From Candidatus Hermodarchaeota archaeon (lineage in GTDB: Archaea; Asgardarchaeota; Thorarchaeia; Thorarchaeales; Thorarchaeaceae), in NCBI GenBank assembly GCA_048885865.1, contig JBHLLF010000040.1:1-23346 (forward strand): DNA of 23,346 nt, in the 5' to 3' direction. Under the pieces are notes generated by a model. The model had not been told where the DNA came from and made no database searches. It saw only the letters and a list, made by a program, of their open reading frames with translations. Made by a program: the position numbers and the translations under genes. Shown here one piece after another: positions 15,821 through 23,346 of this stretch. Every line of letters begins with the position of its first letter. The first letter of the stretch is position 1.

Positions 15821-18800
15821 TCATTCAAAGAAGTCTGTAAGGTCAGTCTGTTCTGAAACAAAGAGTGAATCCAGAGCCGCATTGATGAGTTTCAGGCGCT
15901 GTTGAAGATACTGACTGAGGTCATGATCACGCATCATCTTTTCAGCAACTGCAAGATACTTTGAGATATTCCTCTGACTGACTGTGAGCAATAAGCCCTC
16001 ACCGCATCTTGTGCATTCACCAGACATAGGTATTCGACGGTAGACCCTGCTGCACTTGCGACATCGTATCTTTTGTGTAGAATATGCACGGAGGTTGCCC
16101 CGTATGTCACGAATGAAGTGATGGGAAAGAACTCTCTCAGCTACATCCTTCGAATCGACTGCATCAAGAAGAACCGCCAGATGAAGCTGTGCCTCGAGTT
16201 TCTCAGCCATACTTCCCAAAGTCTTGTATCTTGTGTTCCGAGGACCATCATCTATTGATGATGTATCATGAGTGAAGCCGAATCCCTCATATTGCTCCTC
16301 TTTGCCCAAGCGAGACCCCACGATATCAACGAGATGCTGCACGGCCTTGGGATGCTGAGCCTTAGCAACCATTTCATAGAACTCAGCGGGATAGCGATAA
16401 CAGACCTCTATGTTATGGCTCTCATCATCGACTTCTTCGGGATTTAGAATGACTGAGAGGACAAGAGGAGCATCCATGAAGCCTCCTCGTCCTGCTGGAA
16501 GATACTCCTTAGAGAAGTTGATGAGTGCATCAAGGACCAAGATGATTGCATCTTCATCCCCGTCACAGTTTCTACGTTTTGCTGCATGCCAGAAGGGATG
16601 TGCATAGCAGACACTAGCATTTGTAAATCCAACAATTCTTCCAATGATTCCTGCAGATGTGTGTGGTGCCAGACCAACAACAAGCTGGCCAATCGTGTCC
16701 TCTGGAGCCTTGAAGTTATAGTATCTCTTCTTCTTGTAGATCTTTTCCAAGCTGTCATCGACGAATCGTCCTACTCGAACCATGTAATCAGCACAATTCT
16801 CAGGTACGATTAGATCCTGTACCTTGAGCTCGAGTATCTGCATATCGGAAACGAGAGGCGCCCCTTGATGATCACTGATATAGCCCAGCTCCCGTAACTT
16901 ACTTACTGGAACCCCAACTTCGCGGGGTCTGAAATGTGTAAGGGGAGCATCAGTGACGTCAAATCGTGCAGTTCCGTCACGATAGCAATACACGTCGTGT
17001 TTAGCGCGAAGAATTCCTTTTCCAAGGTATTCAGGAATCTTCAGGTCACTTGTAAGACCTAAGACGGCGCGCAAATCGTATGCTTGGGGCTCATCTATCT
17101 CCGCCTTCACACGGTCTAGCAGACCCTTTATGTCCACCTGCACTTCTTTTGTGCTTCGAACCCTGGCACCAAGATGCGATGAGCAGATTCCTTTGGACGG
17201 GTCTACTGGCTTATCGCATTCAGAACACCACATTTGTACCTCGGTATGAGTGCCACACTTATTGCATCTTGATTCGAAGGTCTTGTTCTTGCATGTAGGA
17301 CAGACTCTATGTACAAGCTCAAGATTGACCCCAACAGACGGGATTGTACCCTCCTTCTTGTCCTCCTTTTCCTTGTCATTGTCGAGGTCGAATTCATGAA
17401 TCTGAGCTACCTGCGCTGTACTCTTGGCTACCTTCACCATTCTGCGTTCAGTGGAGAGAGAACGGCCTACAGGGAACAGAACTTGGACTGGGGGGCGCAT
17501 TTTTCGTTCTTGAGCCTTCTCTGGTCTGCCCATCCTAGCACCGATGGAAAAACCCATCTTATCTCTCAAGGGCACTTTTGCACACGAAGCTAATGCCTCC
17601 AATGCATTACTGCCGACTGCTGTGTCCTTCTTCTCGCCCAGTTGCGATAAGATAGTCAGAGGGTTGTCTGCAAGCTCGATTCGGGTTCCATCAATAGGAG
17701 TGTGAGAAACTCCCAGCTTCTCCAGCATGCTCTTGTATTTCTGATCGAAGGGCAGTATCATCCGTTCTCCTTCGGCACCTCGTTCAATCCTGTGTTCTCT
17801 GAGTAGCCAGCTCCTTATGTCTAGCATATTTTCGACTGTAAGGGCAGACCAACGGTACAAGTATCTAGGATGGAGTGGAATACCCAATTTGGTTGAGAGA
17901 AAGATAGCTTCTTCTGGACTTGGAATCCGGGTTAATGGCGATTCGATGAGCTGGTCAATATCTTCAACGGTCATATCAGACCCAGCGATGAGTTTCTGTA
18001 TCTTCTTAGTATCAAGACTTGAATAGACTCTTTCAAGATCATGAGACCACCATTCCTCGCAGTATCCTGAAGGAACCAGTGGATGGTTGTTCTCTAGAAA
18101 CTCACCCAATGCTACCAGAATGTCTCCTAGATAGAGGATTCGTTCTATCTGTCCCTGAAGTTTCCGTGCCTCGCTTATTGAAAACACCTGTTTCACTGAC
18201 TTGTCCTTAAGCAAGACAATAGGTCCCTCTATAGTGTCAACTGGAGCGACTATAGAGCCCTTGCCAGGTCGTTCAGTTCTGATATGGGTCCCCGGGGCTA
18301 GAAACTCATCCACTAGATACATAGTGGCGGGGTGAACTCCTACTCCAGCAAGACCTGTGTTGCGTGAACGACCATATCTCAATCGAAAGCCGCCCGTGCT
18401 AGATGGATGAGAGAAAACTGGTCGTCCTCCAATAACGTCAGCTAGATAGTCAGATTTGGGCTCAAGTTTCTTCTCTACGGAGTCTTCAGCTTCAGCTGAT
18501 GCTGCCTTGGATATCCTGGCTGCTAAATCATTCAACCACTCCCAGCCTTTAATGGAGTTCTCATTTACTATCTTAGCCAGCTTTGTGGCCCTACCTACAA
18601 CCCCATCATTAAGAACTAGGACAGCTCCTCCTCGAACACGATTCTCTTTCCCTATTCTTTCAATATCACGACTTCCGGTGACCTCGAATTCTTCTGTAGG
18701 CTCTCCGGTCAGCATAATGGGAAGTTTCGATGCAGCAAGCCGGACTAACTCTGGTTCAACAGGATACTGAAGATGCACGTATCTTGCATATAGCTCCACT

Positions 18801-19381
18801 TCCTCAATAGCACGCTCGATCTCACGTTCGGTTGCCACAAACGGAGGCAGTTCTAGTACCTGGCGCACATAGTCCGCCACTAGCACTGTCATAGCAGCCT
18901 CTGTCCCGCCTGCTGCACGAATCGGGCCAGCCAGGTAGAGTGCCAAGTACCTGTTATAGCCATGTCCTTGTATTTTAACTTTGGAGATGCCTTCTATAGG
19001 TGCAGCTGTTATGCTCTCAGTCAGGACAGCAAGTGCAACACGTACGGCTTTGTCTGCGGCCTTTTCCTCATCTTTAATCGCCCCTAACTTACCTGTTGCA
19101 ATCTCTCCTGCAACTGCAAAAGCCACTTCTTCGCGAGTTTCATACTCCTGAATAAGCTCCCTAATCCGTTTGGCAACACCAACTGGTCCACCAAGAGTGG
19201 CTTCCACACGTGCTGCAACATCATGAGCTGGAGGGATTTCTACCATAGTTGTAGGGTCAAATCCCATTGCCCTGGCCTTTTCCGCTATCTTGTAAATCCT
19301 CTGGACCTCTTTGTTAATGGACTCAAAATACTCAGCGTAACTCACACTATGGGTTGGAAGGCTTGGTACAGACTCGGTCAC
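15821..19381 (-). CDS. polC: DNA polymerase D large subunit (DP2), intein-free
   Basis: GPIRAAGGT, GGFRLRYGRSRNTG, ERPGKG, GARMGRPEKA, GILRAKH, GLAPHTSAG, catalytic HAAKRRNCDGDED, GGFMDAPLVL, and C-terminal CxxC...CxxC. Confidence 0.98.
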   Translation of the reverse strand: MTESVPSLPTHSVSYAEYFESINKEVQRIYKIAEKARAMGFDPTTMVEIPPAHDVAARVEATLGGPVGVAKRIRELIQEYETREEVAFAVAGEIATGKLGAIKDEEKAADKAVRVALAVLTESITAAPIEGISKVKIQGHGYNRYLALYLAGPIRAAGGTEAAMTVLVADYVRQVLELPPFVATEREIERAIEEVELYARYVHLQYPVEPELVRLAASKLPIMLTGEPTEEFEVTGSRDIERIGKENRVRGGAVLVLNDGVVGRATKLAKIVNENSIKGWEWLNDLAARISKAASAEAEDSVEKKLEPKSDYLADVIGGRPVFSHPSSTGGFRLRYGRSRNTGLAGVGVHPATMYLVDEFLAPGTHIRTERPGKGSIVAPVDTIEGPIVLLKDKSVKQVFSISEARKLQGQIERILYLGDILVALGEFLENNHPLVPSGYCEEWWSHDLERVYSSLDTKKIQKLIAGSDMTVEDIDQLIESPLTRIPSPEEAIFLSTKLGIPLHPRYLYRWSALTVENMLDIRSWLLREHRIERGAEGERMILPFDQKYKSMLEKLGVSHTPIDGTRIELADNPLTILSQLGEKKDTAVGSNALEALASCAKVPLRDKMGFSIGARMGRPEKAQERKMRPPVQVLFPVGRSLSTERRMVKVAKSTAQVAQIHEFDLDNDKEKEDKKEGTIPSVGVNLELVHRVCPTCKNKTFESRCNKCGTHTEVQMWCSECDKPVDPSKGICSSHLGARVRSTKEVQVDIKGLLDRVKAEIDEPQAYDLRAVLGLTSDLKIPEYLGKGILRAKHDVYCYRDGTARFDVTDAPLTHFRPREVGVPVSKLRELGYISDHQGAPLVSDMQILELKVQDLIVPENCADYMVRVGRFVDDSLEKIYKKKRYYNFKAPEDTIGQLVVGLAPHTSAGIIGRIVGFTNASVCYAHPFWHAAKRRNCDGDEDAIILVLDALINFSKEYLPAGRGGFMDAPLVLSVILNPEEVDDESHNIEVCYRYPAEFYEMVAKAQHPKAVQHLVDIVGSRLGKEEQYEGFGFTHDTSSIDDGPRNTRYKTLGSMAEKLEAQLHLAVLLDAVDSKDVAERVLSHHFIRDIRGNLRAYSTQKIRCRKCSRVYRRIPMSGECTRCGEGLLLTVSQRNISKYLAVAEKMMRDHDLSQYLQQRLKLINAALDSLFVSEQTDLTDFFE
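15827..15850 (-). other. PCNA-interacting (PIP) box at the DP2 C-terminus
   Basis: QTDLTDFF fits the QxxLxxFF consensus, one residue before the stop. Confidence 0.85.
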
Positions 19382-19462
19382 AGCTTGTCAGACCTTTGTT
19401 ATGGGATTACGTCTTTTATCTTTCGGACGGACATAGCTAGCTCGGCAGTTTTGAGTAGTGAG

Positions 19463-19470
19463 CTTTAAAG
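19463..19470. promoter_or_regulatory. Palindromic TATA-like element in the divergent polC/rpa intergenic region
   Basis: CTTTAAAG reads the same on both strands and sits between the head-to-head starts. Confidence 0.4.
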
Positions 19471-19507
19471 GAGAGACGATGTACATGATGTTGACAAAAC
19501 GCCAGCA

Positions 19508-21670
19508 GTGGTCGTCAGGACGGTAATAGAAGTGCTCACACTTGAGGAAACGATTGAGCTCATTCTGAAACACACAGAGTATCAACGTGATGAAATTCTC
19601 AAAATGATTGATGAGAAGAGACAGGAGCTTGGCCCAGAGGTTGTCAATGATGAGTCAGCAGCAATGATTATTGCGCGCGAACTTGGCATCGATTTACAAC
19701 AGGTTTCTGCAAAGGCACGAATTAGGATTGAAGACATAACTGAGTCTACAGGAAGGATTCCATTGACGGCACGAGTGGTCAGCATAAATCCAGTTCGACC
19801 TTTTACACGAAAGGACGGAGGCGATGGAAAGGTTGCCAGTCTTATCGTTTCAGATGAAACAGGTGAGATGAGAGTAGCTCTCTGGGATGAGATTAGCAGA
19901 GTTGTTGAAGAAAATATAGTCAAGATTGGTGATGTCATTCAGCTGCGTGGAGGATATGTGAAAAAGGGTCTGGGTGATGCCCTCGAGATTAACATGGGCC
20001 GAATGTCTGGGATAAAAGTACTAGACGAGTATGAGATTGAGGACCTTGGAATTGATTTTGGCGAAACCGTATCCACGAAAATCAACGAGCTTGTGGAGGA
20101 AAAGATGTACAACATCACTATCACTGCCAAAGTTCAGAAGGTCTTTCCGATGAGCACCTTCTCCAGAGAGGAGGGTGAATCTGAAGGGAAGGTTTTGAGC
20201 ATAATCGCCGCAGATGAAACAGGCGAGATAAGATGTGTATTCTGGGACAAGGACGCTGAAGAGATGGAGAATGCTGAAGTTGGAGAGGTTTTCAGGCTCC
20301 AAGGGGGATACACTAGGAGCGGGCGCTATGGCAATATCGAGATTCATGCTGGCAGGTCAGCACAAATCGAGAGGGACTTGAAAATAGAGGTTGATGCCGT
20401 AAAATCAACTGTGGGAACCGCCCCCCCACCTGTTGGCAAGAAAAAGATTGCAGACCTCACCCTTGATATGCGTGATGTGGATGTAGAAGGCAAGGTTGTT
20501 CAAATATTCCCAGTCAACACGTTTGACAGAGGGGGAAAAGAGGGAAGAGTGCAGAACGTAATCATTGCCGATGAAACCGCACAAATTCGACTCACCTTTT
20601 GGAACGAGGATGTCGACAAGATTGCAGATCTCAAAGTGGATGATGTGGTCAGTGTCAAGCACGCCTATGCCAAGGAGGGGTATAGAGGAGGTGTCGAGAT
20701 CCATATGGGTCGAGCAGCTGAAGTTGTCATCAACCCAAAGGGATCGAAGCTTGAGAAACTAAAGGTTTCAGCAGAGCCTGTGGCAGCGCCTGAAGGGGTC
20801 GGCAAGAAAGCCCTCGCAGAGATCACTGTAGATATGCGTGATGTGGATGTAGAGGGCAAGGTAGTCAGAGTGTTTCCAGTCAATACATTTGACAATAGGG
20901 ATGGTGGAAAAGGCCGTGTTCAGAATGTAATCATAGCAGATGAAACAGCCCAGATTCGGCTAACATTCTGGAATGAAGACGTGGACAAGATAAAGTCCCT
21001 TGATGAGGGTGACGTGGTCAGTGTCACTCATGCATATGCCAAGGAAGGATTCAGGGGTGGTGTAGAGGTACATGTTGGTCGACGAGCGGAGATAGAGGTC
21101 AATCCAAAAGGGTCCCGGCTTGAACAGATGGAGTTGACCGAACTATCATCACGACCTGCAGCACACCCTGCTGGACGAGTATTGATTGGTGATATAGACG
21201 AGAGCACAGAAGGAAAGAGTGTGGAGGTCTGTGGAATCGTAGTGGCAATAGCCCAGAGCAGCCCAATCTATCCTGCATGTCCAAACTGCAGAAAGAAGGT
21301 GGATGAAGAAGGAGGACGGTTCACCTGTGCCGTATGTGGAGATGTAAAGGAACCTGAATATAGGATGAGGTATAAAATCACCGTTGATGATGGGTCTGGC
21401 ACAATTAGAACAACACTGTTCGGAGAAGCTGGAGAAGCACTACTTCAAATGACAACTGCAGAAGCTCAGAAACTCATCAAGAGCTCTGGTAATCGTCTGG
21501 AACCCTTGGAGCAGAACTCTGATAGAGCTCTAGGAAAATACGTTGTGGTTCAAGGATCTGTGTCGAGGTTCAAGGACTCACTGGATATAACGGCCCGCAG
21601 CATCACTTTCCCCAATCCTGTGGAAGAGAGTAAGCGCATGAGGGAGGCAATAGACGGTCTTATGAACTGA
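19508..21670 (+). CDS. rpa: Replication protein A large subunit: N-terminal helical domain, five OB folds, zinc finger in the last
   Basis: Four copies of the .DETG/A.IR..[LF]W OB motif plus a terminal OB with YPACPNC...CAVCG and VDDGSGTIR. The start may be GTG 19532 instead. Confidence 0.92.
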   Translation: MVVRTVIEVLTLEETIELILKHTEYQRDEILKMIDEKRQELGPEVVNDESAAMIIARELGIDLQQVSAKARIRIEDITESTGRIPLTARVVSINPVRPFTRKDGGDGKVASLIVSDETGEMRVALWDEISRVVEENIVKIGDVIQLRGGYVKKGLGDALEINMGRMSGIKVLDEYEIEDLGIDFGETVSTKINELVEEKMYNITITAKVQKVFPMSTFSREEGESEGKVLSIIAADETGEIRCVFWDKDAEEMENAEVGEVFRLQGGYTRSGRYGNIEIHAGRSAQIERDLKIEVDAVKSTVGTAPPPVGKKKIADLTLDMRDVDVEGKVVQIFPVNTFDRGGKEGRVQNVIIADETAQIRLTFWNEDVDKIADLKVDDVVSVKHAYAKEGYRGGVEIHMGRAAEVVINPKGSKLEKLKVSAEPVAAPEGVGKKALAEITVDMRDVDVEGKVVRVFPVNTFDNRDGGKGRVQNVIIADETAQIRLTFWNEDVDKIKSLDEGDVVSVTHAYAKEGFRGGVEVHVGRRAEIEVNPKGSRLEQMELTELSSRPAAHPAGRVLIGDIDESTEGKSVEVCGIVVAIAQSSPIYPACPNCRKKVDEEGGRFTCAVCGDVKEPEYRMRYKITVDDGSGTIRTTLFGEAGEALLQMTTAEAQKLIKSSGNRLEPLEQNSDRALGKYVVVQGSVSRFKDSLDITARSITFPNPVEESKRMREAIDGLMN
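20435..21124 (+). repeat. Intragenic tandem duplication of an OB fold in rpa (20435-20755 and 20801-21124)
   Basis: Copies are offset by 366 nt (369 after a one-codon indel). They share the 23-mer GATATGCGTGATGTGGATGTAGA at 20465 and 20831, and roughly three quarters of residues are identical by eye. Confidence 0.92.
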
Positions 21671-21693
21671 GGTAAAATCTCCTTAGTTTCATT

Positions 21694-22926
21694 CTATGAT
21701 GTCGCATCAATCAGTGAATGCATTCCTTCTAGAAATGTCTGCAAATCATCCAAGTTGTTGTAGAGATAGAAACTTGCTCGTGCTGTGCCTTTCATTGGAC
21801 TGATTCCCATTTGATAATGGAATGGATGGACGCAGTGTGCACCAGAACGAATCATGACATTGAACTCATCATTCAGAAATGCTGCTACATCATGGGCAGC
21901 CTCTACAGTGTCCAGACTAAATGTGACAAGACCGGTCTTGATGTTGATGTCATCAGTTCCAAGGATTCGCACATGGTTCATGGCCTTTAGCTCATTGAGG
22001 GCCTTGTCCAGCAATGCGCGCTCGTGCTTCTCGATTTCATGCATTCCTATACTTTGGAGGTACTCTGCTGCAGCACCAGCGCCTATTGCACCAGCATAGT
22101 TCTGGAGGCCTGCTTCAAACTTCTCAGGAGGAGGTAGATATTCTGGAAGTATCTGACCGTTTTCATAGCGTACGTCTGCAACGGTGTCGCCACCCACAAG
22201 GAACATGTCCATCTCATTGAGAAGATCAGACTTGCCATAGAGAACTCCCATCCCCGTTGGACCGCACATCTTGTGAACAGATATGGCAGAGAAGTCCACA
22301 TCCAGTTTCTGTACATCGAGAGGGTGATGTGGAGCATACTGAGCATCATCTGACATGACCAGAGCTCCGTGGTCATGTGCAACCTCGATTATCTCCTTAA
22401 GTGGTGCTACTGTTCCAGTCACATTTGAGGAATGTACAACTGAAACCAGCCGTGTCTTACTGTCAATGACACGTTTCCAGTCTTCTATATCGAAGGTGCC
22501 GTCGCTCTTTGCTTCAACAACTTCAATCTTTATTCCATCGCGATGAGCACGCTCAACGAAGGGCAGAGACCCACTGTGATGCTCTAGGGTCGTTGTTACA
22601 ATCTTCCCATCAGGAGGGATTTTCACCGAAGCTGCAACGATATTGAGAGACTCTGTCGCATTGCGTGTCCAGATGCACTCCTCAGGCTCTGATGCATTGA
22701 GAAAGCTCGCAAACTTCTCTCTCGATGATGTGTATGCATTTGAGGCTTCTTCGCCGAATTTGTGAATGCTGCGCCCTCCACAAGCCGGATACTGCTCATA
22801 ATACTCGTTCATGGCATTTACCACTTGTCTGGGCTTTAGTGCCATGCATGCACTGTCCAAGTACACAATCGGGCGTCCATTGATCCTACGATTCAGGACT
22901 GGAAAATCATCTCTAACGTCTAACAT
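21694..22926 (-). CDS. sufS: Cysteine desulfurase, SufS/CsdA (group II) type
   Basis: VRDDFPVL...VYLDSA, RNATESLN, LEHHS, PLP-lysine SVHKMCGPTG, KFEAG, catalytic RSGAHC, and RASFYLYN. Confidence 0.93.
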   Translation of the reverse strand: MLDVRDDFPVLNRRINGRPIVYLDSACMALKPRQVVNAMNEYYEQYPACGGRSIHKFGEEASNAYTSSREKFASFLNASEPEECIWTRNATESLNIVAASVKIPPDGKIVTTTLEHHSGSLPFVERAHRDGIKIEVVEAKSDGTFDIEDWKRVIDSKTRLVSVVHSSNVTGTVAPLKEIIEVAHDHGALVMSDDAQYAPHHPLDVQKLDVDFSAISVHKMCGPTGMGVLYGKSDLLNEMDMFLVGGDTVADVRYENGQILPEYLPPPEKFEAGLQNYAGAIGAGAAAEYLQSIGMHEIEKHERALLDKALNELKAMNHVRILGTDDINIKTGLVTFSLDTVEAAHDVAAFLNDEFNVMIRSGAHCVHPFHYQMGISPMKGTARASFYLYNNLDDLQTFLEGMHSLIDATS

Positions 22927-22938
22927 AGCATCATCGTC

Positions 22939-23169
22939 CTATGCCAATTGCCAACGATAACCTCCTTTGGCGAGCTTCTTTGTGATGAGCCCTTTGTCAA
23001 CGAGCTGCCGAGCAGCGACAATGAATGTATCTCCACCAGCGCAATCTTGACAGATATCGGAGAGCTCTTCGTTTCGTGCAGCTTCAAGAATCTCAGATGT
23101 CGTGAGGGGTTCTGTTGCGTTCTGTAGAATCTTCAGGACGCATTCTGCATTTCGTGAGAGGTCTGACAT
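22939..23169 (-). CDS. Small winged-helix protein with a CxxC motif, upstream of sufS
   Basis: 76 aa from ATG 23169. LSRNAECVLKIL...PLTTSEILE...LVDKGLITKKLAKGGYRWQL is a wHTH pattern, with ICQDC between helices 2 and 3. It ends 12 nt before the sufS start. Confidence 0.7.
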   Translation of the reverse strand: MSDLSRNAECVLKILQNATEPLTTSEILEAARNEELSDICQDCAGGDTFIVAARQLVDKGLITKKLAKGGYRWQLA

Positions 23170-23327
23170 CGTATTCAGCTGCGGGGCTGGCATCAATAAG
23201 AACGCTTTGCTTTGACCTCGATTTCGAGGCATCATAATGCTTAAATGAATTCCAGTCAGGTGCAGCCCACTCTACTTCTATTGGGCTGCTTCCCTCTTTT
23301 GTGGGACATAGATAGAGGTGATTCATT

Positions 23328-23346
23328 ATGGGAAGAAGGCGAAGAC
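23328..23346 (+). CDS. 5' end of a gene beginning MGRRRR; probably transcription elongation factor Elf1 (truncated by the window edge)
   Basis: Strong GAGGTGA ribosome-binding site at 23315-23321 followed by ATG GGA AGA AGG CGA AGA. Elf1 proteins typically start MG[RK]R[RK], but some ribosomal proteins do too. Confidence 0.45.

Noticed and set aside
15821-19381. Intein in DP2
   Set aside because: The usual insertion region HAAKRRNCDGDED is contiguous and the length is normal.
23170-23235. Longer start for the wHTH gene, and the overlapping 77-aa ORF 23093-23326
   Set aside because: The extension runs through probable promoter sequence, and the alternative frame has no recognisable features.
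1-23346. CRISPR arrays, transposases, integrases, defence systems, tRNA/rRNA
   Set aside because: No spaced repeats, mobile-element motifs or cloverleaf signatures were seen. The window is almost fully occupied by housekeeping CDSs.

Overview
Archaeal chromosomal core-genome window, most likely from an Asgard archaeon (inferred from the eukaryote-like STT3, an OSTC/DC2-like gene and the PolD/multi-OB RPA content; Thorarchaeia is a guess). It holds about 21 tightly packed CDSs. These cover translation and ribosome biogenesis (3' part of aIF2-alpha, nop10) and N-glycosylation (STT3/AglB with an extra C-terminal domain, plus an OSTC/DC2-like subunit about 3.9 kb away). One-carbon and pterin metabolism is represented by gcvT-gcvH divergent from folP-mptE. 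A long genome-maintenance stretch contains a type IA topoisomerase with a coupled small Zn-finger gene, a PAC4-like protein, an XPD/Rad3 helicase, a YqgF/RNase H-fold protein, a RadB-like ATPase, PolD large subunit and a five-OB RPA. The remainder is carS, a CBS protein, sufS with an upstream Cys-containing winged-helix gene, and the first codons of a probable elf1. No mobile element, CRISPR array, rRNA or tRNA was recognised. The best leads are a possible proto-eukaryotic OST module, an apparent CTG start for the topoisomerase, several small uncharacterised genes coupled to known machines, and a protein-conserved but synonymously diverged OB-fold duplication in RPA. All calls rest on motif recognition by eye; no searches were run.
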